Positions 24,796-37,502 of a stretch of 64,000 bases of DNA are shown here, in pieces. A program made the position numbers and the translations under genes. The DNA comes from an uncultured Nitrososphaeraceae archaeon (GTDB lineage Archaea > Thermoproteota > Nitrososphaeria > Nitrososphaerales > Nitrososphaeraceae), in assembly GCA_963825865.1 (NCBI GenBank), contig CAWGVG010000003.1:64001-128000 (forward strand). Direction: 5' to 3'. The notes below the pieces were generated by a model. That model ran no database searches. It was not told where the DNA came from and worked only from the letters and a program-made list of their open reading frames with translations. Every line of letters begins with the position of its first letter. Position 1 is the stretch's first letter.

Positions 24796-25184
24796 CGAAG
24801 AGTCTGATTAGTTGTTTGATTCATTTAAAAAGTTGGCTAAAAATGTTGATTATTGGATTGTATCCTTTTCGACATAAGACATAAGTTGATCCAAATCGAT
24901 GCTAATTAAATTCAAATATATAATAATTTTTCCATACTCAGCTTTGTAGAAACCATGTGATTATAGTAGGGTTAGTTAATCTAGTGTATTATGCTTCTAG
25001 AAAGCTTTGACGGAATCTATCAGAAGCATGTTTTCTACAAAGCCTCCATACTCATAAACTACAATGGATAACATCTATTGAAATTATTATGTTATTGATG
25101 CCTAGAGTTTCCCCCGACTATGCTTCCGGCAGAAGATTAAAATACATTTTGCCAGTAGGCCTAGTTCTGATTGTACCCTATCGT

Positions 25185-25460
25185 TTACCCACTTTGAACT
25201 ACTTTAACCATTTCGTTAATTTTATTCTGTATATCTAAGAAATGCTTTCCTTTTTCTGTTATTACAAAGGAAGGAGAGAACAAATCTTGTTTACTGTTCT
25301 GATCCTCTACAAGTCCAGCTTCAAGTAGAAATGACATGTATTCATTTAACTGAGTGTAAGATAAATAAGCTCCGTACATAATTTTAGTTTTTGTAGATCT
25401 ACCTCCCACTATAGCTTCCAAGATAGATCCAATCAAATCGGTTCTGCTTCGATTTTTCAT
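25185..25460 (-). CDS. Winged-helix transcriptional regulator (archaeal HTH_45/ArnR1-like)
   Basis: MKNRSRTDLI..ILE..TKTKIMYGAYLSYTQL..ITEKG; paralogue of 12711-12974. Confidence 0.88.
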   Translation of the reverse strand: MKNRSRTDLIGSILEAIVGGRSTKTKIMYGAYLSYTQLNEYMSFLLEAGLVEDQNSKQDLFSPSFVITEKGKHFLDIQNKINEMVKVVQSG

Positions 25461-25953
25461 TATGATTTCTTTGTCTATATAGAAGAAGAAGAGATACGAT
25501 AAAAACTGAACGAATGTTCACTAGTATACATTGTTTTGTATATTATACTTCTAATTTCTTATACTATATCTTTAGAAATCATCCTATATTGATTTATAAC
25601 AGATTAGTTTGGATATCATTGAAAGTATTTCTTTTTCAGGACTCAAAACCCCATACACCTATTCCACCAAGAACATGGCGAAGGAGATAGATAACAGTAA
25701 CAGAAGAATTAAAAATTTTTATACATATTCTCACTTACCGACCATATCGATCGATAATAATTGTTAGTATATTAGGTTATACTGTAACTGGTCGTTATGG
25801 CGGATTGTCCATTTCTATTTCAAACATTGTTTTTATGAAATATTCGTGTAGGTCCGCTTCTTACTACGCCATATAGGCTTTTTAGTCCATGATTTTCAAG
25901 GTCATTGTTAACTTTCATATAATCTGAATGGTTAATATATTGCCAGTAAAATA

Positions 25954-27442
25954 ATGATGATACCAATTGCTGATGAGTTAAGATGTATCGCGAAGGGTGA
26001 AATCCTTTCGGATAACTGGAGTAGAGAAATTTACTCTGTAGATGCAAGTCATTATACTATAAAACCATCAGTGGTAGTATGCCCAGTAGATAAGTATGAT
26101 ATAGAGAAAATATGTAAATACAGTTTTTCCAAGAATGTACCTATAACAGCAAGGGGAGCAGGAACTGGCCTTCTTGGCCAGTCTCTTTCAAATAACATCG
26201 TTATTGATTTTACCAAATACATGAACAAGATTATAGAAATTGGAACTGATTATGTTGAAGTCCAGCCAGGTGTAGTTAAAGGTGTTTTAGATAAGGAACT
26301 GAAAAAGAGAGGAAAGTTCCTTCCTCCTGACCCTGCAAGTAGCAATTACTGCACAATTGGAGGAATGATTGCAAATAATTCAAGTGGTGCTCATTGTCTG
26401 GGTTACGGTAGTACGATAGACTTTCTTCAAGAAATCTGCGTTGTTTATTCTGATGGTAATACCGGCTACATTAATGGCAATAATAAAGCTGATGATTGCA
26501 TGATGACAAAGTTGTTTAGATTACTATCACCTTACTCAGATATTATTCAAAACCGATATCCAAAAGTGACCAAAAATTCATGTGGTTATAGGCTTGATGC
26601 GGTAATAAACGACCAAGGTTTTTCACCTCAAAAAATATTTGCTGCTTCTGAAGGCACATTAGGAATACTAACTTCTGCAAGGCTAAAGATCTTGGATATT
26701 CCCCTGTATCGTCATTTGCTAGTGTTAGGTTTTGAGGATTTGTTATCTGCTATATCGGAAGTTCCACTTATTTTACAATTTTCTCCTATTGCCCTTGAAA
26801 TGCTTGATCACACAGTTGTCTCACAAGAGGAGAGGAATACTCCTCAGCAACTATCCACTAAACCTGGTTGTATATTATTTGTAGAATTTGCAGGAGACAA
26901 GATTGGATATGTCGAGAGAAAACTTAATCACTGTAAAGAAAAATTGTCTGGCAAGTGTAACATCATAGAAAGCGTAAGTGATGAACATAGTATGACACGG
27001 ATATGGGAAGCGCGCAAAGGTGCATTAAATCGTATTATGAAATTGACGTATGGAACAAGAAAACCGATTGGCTTAATAGAAGATACAGTGGTTAAACCAA
27101 CTCTATTGCATGCTTACACGCAATATCTCCTACGAACTGTACTTTGATAATAAACTAGACTACGTAGTTTATGGTCATGTAGGAGACGGAAATTTGCATA
27201 CAAGACCGTTAATCGATATGGATTCCAAATCTGAAGTTGAATTAATAGAACGTCTTGCTCAACAAGTTTTCGACAGAGTAATAAGAACCGGTGGAACAAT
27301 AACAGGAGAACACGGAGATGGACTAGCCAGAGTAAAGTATATTCCATATATGTATGGTAACGAGATGTTTTCTATTTTTCTACAGGTAAAAAAAATATTT
27401 GATCCCAAGTTCCTCCTGAATCCTGGCAAGAAGATTGCATAA
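25954..27442 (+). CDS. FAD-linked oxidoreductase (GlcD/D-lactate dehydrogenase family), frameshifted near 27140
   Basis: RGAGTGLLG, PDPASS.CTIGGM, SEGTLG, GHVGDGNLH, GEHGDG and FDP..LNPGK. Confidence 0.9.
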
Positions 27443-28002
27443 TGTTATGGAACTAAATGACTTTTTTAAAAAACCCTAGATTAATCGTACATAATCTACT
27501 ACCGCTAACCAGCTATTTCAAGCTCTCCATACATATAAAGTTAAAAAAGAACTGCGTTCCTATCAAAAAAAACCCTAGAACTGTTTCTATGGCATCAAGT
27601 ATCAGTTCTCCATACTTCTCTGCAATAATCATTCATACTACTGGTGCACCTAAGGTACAACTCTGCAAAGAGGATTTTTTGTTTTGTGAGTTTGTATAGA
27701 TGCAATGAATAGTGGCGCCTTTTGATGAACTTTTACCTACCCTGTATTGCTTAATTGAATGGCACCAGAGACATGAGGAAATCAACTCGTACTTTTTTTT
27801 CAATATTCTGTCTGAGTAATTTAGAGATTACGATCTTGTTGGTGAATCTCTTCACCTGTCATAATTTTAGCCAGTTTTCGTCAGATAGGACTTTCTAGAC
27901 TGTTATCAATTTTTTGTAATGTAGGAGATTTATGATTTGATGTAAATTGTTAAAAAGGAAAACAAAATGAATAAATGATATTGTATAATAGTGGCGCTTG
28001 CC

Positions 28003-28820
28003 TCAGGCTAGCTTTTCAAAGTCTTTATAATTACTCTGCTTTTGATTTAGTAATTTATTAAAATTCTTGTGAATTAAGTCGCTATACTGAAGAGCCTTTT
28101 TGGGCCTCATTGCAGATTCTCTTGGAACTCCTATTGAAAGAAGCAGCTTCTCTCAATATGTGTTTTCGAACAAGATCATCAGTATGCCTGATTTTTTGGT
28201 CAATAGGAATATGCTTGGCAAAAGAAATAAAATTACGCGATAAAAACGGCTGTTTGAAATTTACCCCAAATTCTGTCGTTACCACGTCTACCTCTTTCAT
28301 AAGTATACATTCATTTTCGATTTTTTCAGTCATCAGTTCCATTATGCGTGTTTTGCCATGATTATACATTAATCTGTATATGTTATATCCACAAAATAGT
28401 TCATCGCGAGCCATTTGCAGTTAAAATGAGCCTAGATTCATTTTCGCCAGCAAGGCGGGCTATATATGTATACGCAACGCAATTTTCAATATGAGATATA
28501 TTTTGACAGCCAATTTTTTGACGCACGTACTCTATGCTATCGCGAAAATGATCTTTGTTTAATTTGTGTATCTTATGAGACAAACCCATTTTTGAAGCAA
28601 TTCCCTTCGAAAATTCAATGTCATTGGACTCTGGAAATCCTATCGTCAATAATATAACTTTCAGTCCGAGGTCTTTACATATTTTTGCAAGTAATGAACT
28701 GTCAACTCCGCCAGAAAAAGCGATTGCTAACGAGGCTTCGCCTATTATGGTTTCTGCAACCGCCGCAAAAAGTGCATTTTTTAGATCAGAATAATCAGTT
28801 CCCGTTGATATATGAATCAA
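28003..28820 (-). CDS. Asparagine synthase C-terminal-domain protein, frameshifted
   Basis: PP-loop AFSGGVDSS, DELFCGY, PFL, KHILREAA and KALQYS. Confidence 0.8.
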
Positions 28821-29312
28821 TACATAATTTTACATTATAAAATTAAATCTTTCTATCGGCATCCCATCTAATCAGTTTTAATATAATAATCTTCGATGAC
28901 GATAGAATTAATTAAGTAAAAATAAAAAACATAAATCAGTAAAATACTCGTGTTAACTACCACGAATAATGGGACAAGTTTATAATCGAAATAATTGTGT
29001 AGTCATAGAAGCAATGGATACTCAACAATCAACGTGGTTAGGTTATTCTTATATATTATGAACTACGAATAAAATTATTGACAGATTCTCGCTCCACCAT
29101 TATTTTTCGGTGAACATAAATATGACAGAATGCGTAGCTTGGCTTAAATACTGGTGTCGTTTATGCTCCTTAACCAAATATTATATAATAAGCGAATTTA
29201 AATGCAAATTATTAATGCTTTCATTAATAGTTTAAGGATATTTAATAACCTATTCAATCATAAAGGAATCTTACATACAAAAGGCTAATTAACATAATTA
29301 CACTAAAATAAA

Positions 29313-30996
29313 ATGCAAATTACTAATTCTTTCCTTTGGGGTCCAACGTCCTCTTATCAAGTCGAAGGCGGAATTACAAACAACGATTGGAGCTTTTTTA
29401 CAAAATCAGAGCCTATTAAGAATAGGATATCTTCTCTGACAAAACCAAGTATATTCTATAAAGGTAGGAGTCATGTTCGCTTACAACCATGCAGAAGAAG
29501 CTGTAAGATTTTGGGATCCAAGATTCTATGTAAAAGATTTTGAGATTGCCAGAAGAATAGGAATGAATAGTTTTAGAATTAGTTTGGAATGGTCTCGTAT
29601 TGAACCAGAGAAAGGTGAATGGGACCAAATAGCTATTGATCACTACAAAGAAATGGTAAGATCCATGAGAGACATAGGATTAACTCCTATTGTTACATTG
29701 AACCATTTCACACTCCCATTGTGGGTATTAACACCTCCTAGCAGATTTAAGAAAATAATAGGTCAGCATTTATTACCATCACCATTAAGAGATGCCCCAC
29801 TTGGAGATCCACCATCAACAGATCCCTATTGGAATTCTCTTAGAGGCTGGGAGAATTATAGCACTGTTGAAGAATTTATTAAATATGTGGTAAGGGTTGT
29901 TTCAGAATTAAAAGATCAGGTTGACTATTGGATAACGATGAACGAACCCGTTGCATCCGTTGTAGGTGTAGGCTATATAGCAGGATTATCGCCTCCTGGT
30001 TTTTTGCTTGATGGCAAACGAGCGAAAATAGTATTACATAATCTCATCGAGGCACATGTTCAAGCATATAATAAAATAAATGCTCTTGATGATATCGATG
30101 CTGATGGAGACGGCTTTCCGAGCAGAGTTGGCTTTGCACATTTAATGATGGCTGTCAGTCCAGCCAAACCCACCAAAATATTTGGAGTGACTATAAAGAA
30201 TAACATTGAAGCTACCAAAAATTTTGATTATTTTATAAATGACTACTTTATTAATGCTGTTACATATGGTGAAGAGGATCTAAACTACCTGAATACTCTT
30301 CAAATACAAAACAAAGATAGTAAGGATTTTATCGTACATGATGACTGGAAGGATAAGGTCGACTTTATTGGCATTGATTACTATCGGCGAGTGTATATTT
30401 ACTACAGCCCTATAGTTGCGTTATCTCCAGCAAGGTTTGTCGGAGGAGCGTTAGTAAATGATCTACATATACAGGATAAAAAAAACTACCGTCATTGTCA
30501 TACCCGCCATATACTAAACGATTTAGGATGGGAAATCTATCCAGAAGGATTATACCATTTGATTATGCATATAAAAAATCAATGGAATAAACCTGTATTT
30601 ATTACTGAAAACGGTGTTGCCGACAAATCTGATGAATATCGTGCCCCATTTATTGTAGCACACCTTCAACAGTTCAAACGAGCTATAGATGAGGGTGCAG
30701 ATGCCGTGGGATACTTGCATTGGTCTCTTATGGATAATTATGAGTGGCATGAAGGATATACACCTGAAGCAAAGTTTGGATTATTTAGAATTGATCGCGG
30801 TGGAAATGATGGACAACAACAACCACAGCAGCCAGATTTCACTAGACATATAACTAAAGGTGCAGAAGCATTCAAAATCATTATAGAAGAATCACTTAAT
30901 CGGAACAAAAGTGGAGTAATCTCAAATTCCGCCATTCTAAAAGCAAAGGAGAAATTTGGAATTGTTATTGCCGATGGCTCAAATATTACTTATTAA
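29313..30996 (+). CDS. Glycoside hydrolase family 1 (beta-glycosidase), frameshifted near 29480
   Basis: FLWG..SSYQVEG, FRISLEWSRIEP, TLNHFTLP, acid/base TMNEP, nucleophile ITENG, WSLMDNYEW and FGLF. Confidence 0.93.
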
Positions 30997-31569
30997 GAGC
31001 GGAAGAAGTGGTATAATAAAATATTTTGTTTAGACGAATCAAGTATTCCATAGCGAAAAGATGATAATTCACAGCTTGTTGTTTACTTCTAACATTTGCA
31101 TACATGGTATAATGTTACCAATCAATGTTAACAATAATCCTAAGAAGTAGTAGATCTGGCTGAGAAGCAGCTCTTAGATATTCAGAACTTTCTGTTGTTT
31201 GTTCTTACATTGTTATCTTTTAATTCCACTAGAATTAAATTTAAATCGTCACTCGTCTACATGAATTACTAATCCTGCTTCAGAATATTAGAATGATATA
31301 TGTTACTTTATTCTTTCAGGTCACGGATAGCCACAATGCTATGCTATACTAAGATATCTATATATGGAACACATAATACTTGATATAGATATATAGTTGG
31401 AATCGCAATAGTAGCAAGTATCATGATTGTTAGTTCTAATGGTGCTGTTTCTGGACATCTATCAAATGTATCTTTTTAGATGATACTGTATATACGCGAT
31501 TGTTTCAATCTTGTACGAGAACGTATTACTATTATATAATGAAAACATGCTCTATATAGATATGTGCAG

Positions 31570-31718
31570 ATGGATATAAATATATCCAATCTAGATATTG
31601 CATTTTCAAGTCACCTTCCTGCTGGGTCTTAAAACCCTCTGCTACCATTATCCCTTCCGACACATCCTTACTTTAATGATGAATTTCACTAAATTTAGAA
31701 AAAATAGGCTTTAAAAAG
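31570..31718 (+). repeat. ~150-bp imperfect direct repeat, copy 1
   Basis: atggatataaatatat..tagatat..ttttcaagtca..ccctctgcta..acacatccttactt..aaatttagaaaaa..taggctttaaaaag is shared with 32257-32406. Confidence 0.88.
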
Positions 31719-31864
31719 TAATTCAATAGACCTATTGTCAGCTGTATAATCACTTTGTTAGTATGATATATTGCAATAACAGTACTTGCTCGAAACCTGT
31801 TATTGTCACATGTGTCAGAAACAATATTCTACTGTCTACTGGGTGTCCAAGCTTCCTCCTTCTG

Positions 31865-32168
31865 CTACTGTTCAAATCTATAAAACTTCATAGCTAGACG
31901 AAAAAGCATGAATTTTATCGTTATGTGATGTTGCTTCCTTGTCTAGAGTTCGTTCATTATCCACAGCTGTTCTTAAGGAAGTTATCAGCTTGTCAGACCT
32001 TTTTGGATGTATTGCAACAAGTCCATCATACAGCAGCATTTTGCAGTGTGCAATCATATCTTTATGCTATCTAGCGAAAGATACTGGAATTGCTGTCATA
32101 TACTGCTCCCAATCAGTAAACACCTCTGACTTTTGGTATTTCTGTATTTGCTCTTTATAGTAGTACAT
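31865..32168 (-). pseudogene. C-terminal fragment of a terminase large-subunit-like protein
   Basis: Manual translation IPVSFAR*HKDMIAHCKMLL..VAIHPKRSDKLITSLRTAVDNERTLDKEATSHNDKIHAF, resembling the terminal D-x2-D-A-x-R nuclease motif region; assignment is from recalled similarity. Confidence 0.5.
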
Positions 32169-32256
32169 GGCGCTCACCTATTTGGATCTTCGAGGACCTG
32201 ATAAAGGATCGATATTGACAGTTTAAATTATATCATGAAAGCATGCCCTTCTTGAT

Positions 32257-32406
32257 ATGGATATAAATATATCAAACTTAGATATCGCAATTTTTCAAGT
32301 CATCTTCGTGATACCTCTTAAGGCCCTCTGCTATCAAATAACCTTCTAACACATCCTTACTTATTTTGAATATTAAAGTAAATTTAGAAAAATAGGCTTT
32401 AAAAAG
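32257..32406 (+). repeat. ~150-bp imperfect direct repeat, copy 2
   Basis: Aligns by eye with 31570-31718. Confidence 0.88.
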
Positions 32407-33040
32407 AATCGTCATTAGCCGTGTTATCCCTTTGTCAATACGATATGGTACAATAGAAGTATAGCTTAGGGTATCGACCCCGTCTTACGCAATTTCTAAC
32501 AAAGTGAGTAGGTATTTGTCAAATGCAAAAGTACTCCTAAGATACGCACTTCTGTCTGTAACTGAATCAGCAAGAAATAACCCAGAAAGATATAGATTCA
32601 CAAGAAAACCCATCACAGGATGATGCTGAAGATGTTCTACTATCTTACTATCGACGATACGGTCTATGTGAACCTCCAACAACACAGTACAACGAATCAA
32701 AGATTATACAACAAAAGAAGAAGAAGTAGATGAAATTAGTCTCAAGCATCTTAGGCAAATATGGCCGTATTCACATATCAAACATCTACATAATAGGTAT
32801 GGTCGTAGGATTAGCTCTTGTTAACAGTCTATTTGTAATTCCGCTGCATGAACACTGTAGATTAGTCCAGACACTAATTTTTCACAAAATTGAAGATTAT
32901 ATCAATAATACGAATATCTTATGGGCAGGCCAGCATCAAACATTCTACTGAAAGCAGATCCAAAAGGACCCTTATATAAAATCCAGAGTAACGCCGTTAC
33001 TCGTAAGAGCTGGAATTAATGCCTTCTGCAAAGTGTCTAC

Positions 33041-33367
33041 GTGAACGATAAAGACAGGGTTCAGTACCATGACTTATTATTATCTACCTCAAATACCCGT
33101 AAACTCCGACGTCTTAGCTCCCATTTATCGGATATACAGGATTTCTTTTACGATACCCCAAATGAACCATACAAACCATTACTACCGACAATCCCCATGT
33201 TATCCCATCATAGGGACAAAGGAAGAATACAACAACAATACTTACTAATTTGCAATTGCTTAATAATTAAGAAGAAGTTGGCTGAAGAATACGGCTTAGA
33301 TTTACCATCCAGTGTTGTCCTCGAACGAAGGGGCGAAGGAATACTCATCAGGAAACTCGAAATCTAA
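33041..33367 (+). CDS. ORF ending in an AbrB/MazE-like domain (true start probably internal)
   Basis: C-terminal CLIIKKKLAEEYGLDLPSSVVLERRGEGILIRKLEI. Confidence 0.55.
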   Translation: MNDKDRVQYHDLLLSTSNTRKLRRLSSHLSDIQDFFYDTPNEPYKPLLPTIPMLSHHRDKGRIQQQYLLICNCLIIKKKLAEEYGLDLPSSVVLERRGEGILIRKLEI

Positions 33368-33507
33368 TGACATGCCTGATCACAGTGACAGGTATTGTGG
33401 TACTGAAAGTAACTAGTAGCAGGTGAAAACAAAGAGGGAGCAGAGTAGTAGCAGGTAATAGGCAGCTTTTGTTTTTATTTTTATATCGTATTTATTAAAC
33501 AAGTTAG

Positions 33508-33810
33508 ATGATCTTAACAACACAGCAAAGGGAAAGACTTGTTTTAGACCTTTACAATCAATGTAAAAACACACGCGGGATAGCTGAAGAAGACAGAATG
33601 TCATTTAGTGCTATAGGCGCTATTCTGAAAAAAGCAGATAAAGAAAAGGAGGCACAGGCAGAGCAAGAACGAAAGCTATCTCTAGCCTCCCAGACTTACA
33701 AATTATTTTCAGAAGGTAAAACTTCACTACGAGTGGCCATTGCATTAAACCTAAGAAACGCGCGAGTAACTGAATTATACAAGACGAACACCTTCATTTA
33801 TTCAAATTAG
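33508..33810 (+). CDS. HTH protein, probably truncated
   Basis: RERLVLDLYNQ..NTRGIAEE.RMSFSAIGAIL helix-turn-helix, followed by a second HTH-like YKLFSEGK..VAIALNL. Confidence 0.65.
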   Translation: MILTTQQRERLVLDLYNQCKNTRGIAEEDRMSFSAIGAILKKADKEKEAQAEQERKLSLASQTYKLFSEGKTSLRVAIALNLRNARVTELYKTNTFIYSN

Positions 33811-33836
33811 AAAAAAGAAAGAGGAGGTAGTAATTT

Positions 33837-36700
33837 ATGTTCGAAAACAAGAATCATGATAATCCAACTATAAAAGTAGTAGCAGATCAAGAAATAGAAA
33901 TAGGGGGGTCAAAGTCCAAACAATCTAGACCGCCAACTTTACCCCCCTCTTCGGCAGATAGTCAAGAAGATACTACAGCAGTAGTATTCTCAAGTCAGAG
34001 AAGCCAGTTTGCAGATTACACAACTTGGAAAGGCATCGAGAATAAGACCGGTATTGAGCGTGAACATGCCTATGATTTTGTTCTGAAGGAACTACTAGAC
34101 AACGCTGTGGACTATTTAGAAACTCAACATAACACAGTGCTGCTACTACTGCTGCTAACATACCACCACTAGAAATTCATATCACCATCAAGAAAACTAG
34201 ACCCGCATGAGAAGTTAATTCGTATAGTGGTCAGTAATTCCAACTATGATACTACTACTAGCAGAGTAGTAGTATAGCAAAGCCACGTTTTCCAAACAGA
34301 CGCTAAAATCTATCTTCGATTTTGATAGATACCATAGCAGTAAACGCAATCAGTTCAAAATAACAAAAGGTGCATTAGGCGATGCTTTGAAGGAAGTCCT
34401 GTGCATTCCTCACGTTCTAGCACATGACAATGAAATAAACAACTGGGATTATCCATTAAAGATATATTCAGCACAAAAAGTATTCCAGATTCACCTTGCT
34501 ATAGACAGAATCAATCAACTCATTCATTCACGAATACATGATGAAGTCGATGATGACGTAGAGGTTACATACTACGATAATACGAAAATAGAAGTCACTC
34601 TGCCGATAGTTATTGTTGAAGGCCAAAATAAAGACTATCTGATAACCGGACTATCAAACTATCTATGTAATTACGCAATCTTTGCAACCCACATAGGATT
34701 TTCATTTGAGGATGAAAGTGATAAAGAGAAAGGAGTCTTTATAGAATTCCCACAACTCCAGACGATCAATCCAAAATGGAAGAATCAAAGCAGCATTCAT
34801 TATTACAAGCGAAAGCAGTTCCATGATTTTATTTTAGGACTGGAAAATAATGACTCGATAATCTATAGCGTATTATATAAAACATTCAGAGAAGCAAGCA
34901 ACATGCGTAAAACCGAACTTACACAGATGACTGTTAGCCAGCTAAAACACTCTCCTGACTCACATAGATAGATTATATGATGAATTGCGAAACAGCATGA
35001 GTGCACCTACTGCTCTAACATTACCATTTGATATCACTAAGAAAGATGTTAGAGCACAGGCGTTAAAGCAAAGAGTTGAGCAGACACTATGGACATTTTC
35101 CAGAAATGAAATACAGATCAGCAACTGGCACTTATGTAGAAAGCGGTGGTGATCAATCTCAATTCCCCTTCTTCTTTGAAATTGCAATATTTCATGACGT
35201 ACAATATCTGCGTGGTAATCTGGCATTCAAACAGGCCTTAAATTGTTCAGCTATACCAAATACTGGCTGGACTGTGTTTGGTGGAGATGAATTGTTTGAA
35301 TGGGTTACTCCAGGCAGCAAATATATACATACATCAAACACAATTCAAGATATTTTTCGACATTACGGCTACTCATATGATAATAAAAAATGCAAAAAGC
35401 CACACAGTCTGATAATTGCAAACCTGATATCTCCAAAGATAGATTATCAAAGTTACGGGAAATCCAGAATAAATTTCAGGCCATTTGCTGATGTTGTAGC
35501 GAAAACTACTGTATTAGCTTGTATGGGCGGTGGAGCGTGCTTCAGATGGTAAACCAAAGAAAAAAGATGTTTTATTGGAAGTCTTGGAAAAAAGAAAACA
35601 GAAATGGGAATCAATGGATGCTGCTATCAAGATTAAAACATTGGTGGACTCAATCCGATGTATTCTATGCAACCCGTAAGATGCTAATAATAGAGTATCA
35701 TTACGCAAATGAAGAGATTGACAGGGATTACATAACCGGATTAATTAAAGAAATGTGTGAAGATAAATTAGGTGTAAAGCGTGAAGACATTGGAATTTTA
35801 GCTGCTGACAGAGCACAGCTATACTTTAAAGGTAAATGGATGGATGTCGGTCTCAAAGAGATTGAAGAGCAAAGTCTCTATGGTATAGACATGCTAATTA
35901 TCGAAAAAGAAGGTATTGCAGAACAGTTAGCAATATTTCCAGATCAGAAAGGAATTGCATTACTTAATACAAGAGGATTTTTGACAGAATATGCTGAAGT
36001 TCTATCTAAGAAATCCGAGAAAGAGGGATGCAACATTGCTATCTTAACTGATTTTGATGTTTCAGGTTTGATTTTGGCAACTAAAGTCCCTGGAGCTTAT
36101 AGAATAGGAATTGACTTTGAAACATTAGATAACCTTGGACTGGATATCGAAGATGTAGAGGAGGAATACAAGCCTAAGGAAATCATTTAAAACCATTACA
36201 AGAAGGCGGAGAACTTGCTGATGTGTATCCACAAGATTGGGTGGATTATGTTGAGAATAGACGTGTAGAGATTAATAGCGTCGTAACTGAACTAGATGAT
36301 AATGCTAAATTCTGGGAATGGATTGTTCAAAAACTACGAGACCGATTTGATACACGAAATTACAACCGTGCAGTTGATATTCCTGAATATATGATGCCTA
36401 AATGTCTTGAATCTCTTAACGAAAAGATTAGAGAAGATAGGATAGTCGCAATACTGAAAGAACAGCGTTTGAAAAATTACAGGACCGTCTCTCTGATATT
36501 GGCCCTGGATTTCTATTTGACCGAACTGATAAGGTATTATTGAATAAAGGCGAGAGATGACATTATGACAATCAGTAAATACGAGCAAACGCTGGCTGAT
36601 CAGTCACGACATATTATTGAATCCGATAAGACCATGAAACCAATCTTGGATAAAATTGAAGATTTGGATAGACTACATGTAGGACAGCTTAGGTCTCTTG
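33837..36700 (+). CDS. Fused type IIB topoisomerase-like protein (GHKL, transducer, 5Y-CAP, TOPRIM; Topo VIII-like), multiply frameshifted
   Basis: In order: LKELLDNAVD (N-box), YHSSKR..TKGALGDALK (G2-like), ANLISPKIDYQSYGKS (transducer lysine motif), TQSDVFYA (CAP tyrosine), IIEKEG and LTDFDVSG (TOPRIM), RRVEINS. Confidence 0.72.
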
Positions 36701-37239
36701 TAATGCTGTGCATTAGGCATAGCTGCTCGACTGATCAGCATTTAGCTCTTTGGCTATCTCGTAGCCTTTCACTAAAGTACCTCCTCATAGCATGCATATT
36801 TTCAGATATTATTGTATATACTCAATCGTTTCAATCCTATCCTAAACAAAAGAAGGCTATCATATGAAGAAATGATTGGAATAGGAGTAGTAGCTTCGAA
36901 ATGGGAGGAAAGGTCGTACTCACTCCATAGTGAGGATGAAATACAATATAAGCTGAGTGTCCCTCTGTTTATCGAAGAAATTAGTAATATATTTTATAAT
37001 CTCTTATTTCTGGTAATGTATAGCCTTCTCTAGCGAGAAGTATAATTTTAGCTCTACTTTGTGTCAGGATTATTATCTAGAAGTTCGTACAACTCTCTCT
37101 TTCTTTTCCTCCGATATCCTTCTGACAGGTGTATATCTCACACAACTGACTAGACTCTAGCAAGCTAACGCTATAACGATAAGATAGAATTTGTCAAAAA
37201 GGCAAGTACTAGTTTACCTTAATTGTCAATTGACTAACT

Positions 37240-37370
37240 TACAATGCTGTTTCATTCATGTATTTTTTGATATTGGCCTGGCTTATTTGCAATATCCTGG
37301 ATATCTCTGAGTGATTATGATCTTTGACTTGCTATCTCTAATACCTTACTTCTACTACATTCCAGAGTAT
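37240..37370 (-). pseudogene. HTH remnant
   Basis: Manual translation across an indel: SRSKVLEIASQ/HNHSEISRILQISQANIKKY. Confidence 0.45.
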
Positions 37371-37502
37371 TATTATTCACACGTGATGACAGAACTATAT
37401 ATGTCAGTCGTAGTACAAACGACTTACATACACACATACATATGACAATTTTTATTTGTCTGGGAATGTAGTATTATCATCACCAGTATATAATATGTCT
37501 AA

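Noticed and set aside
32465-32485. gggtatcgacccc as a tRNA T-arm or att site
   Set aside because: No cloverleaf can be built and no second copy was found at the other end of the island.
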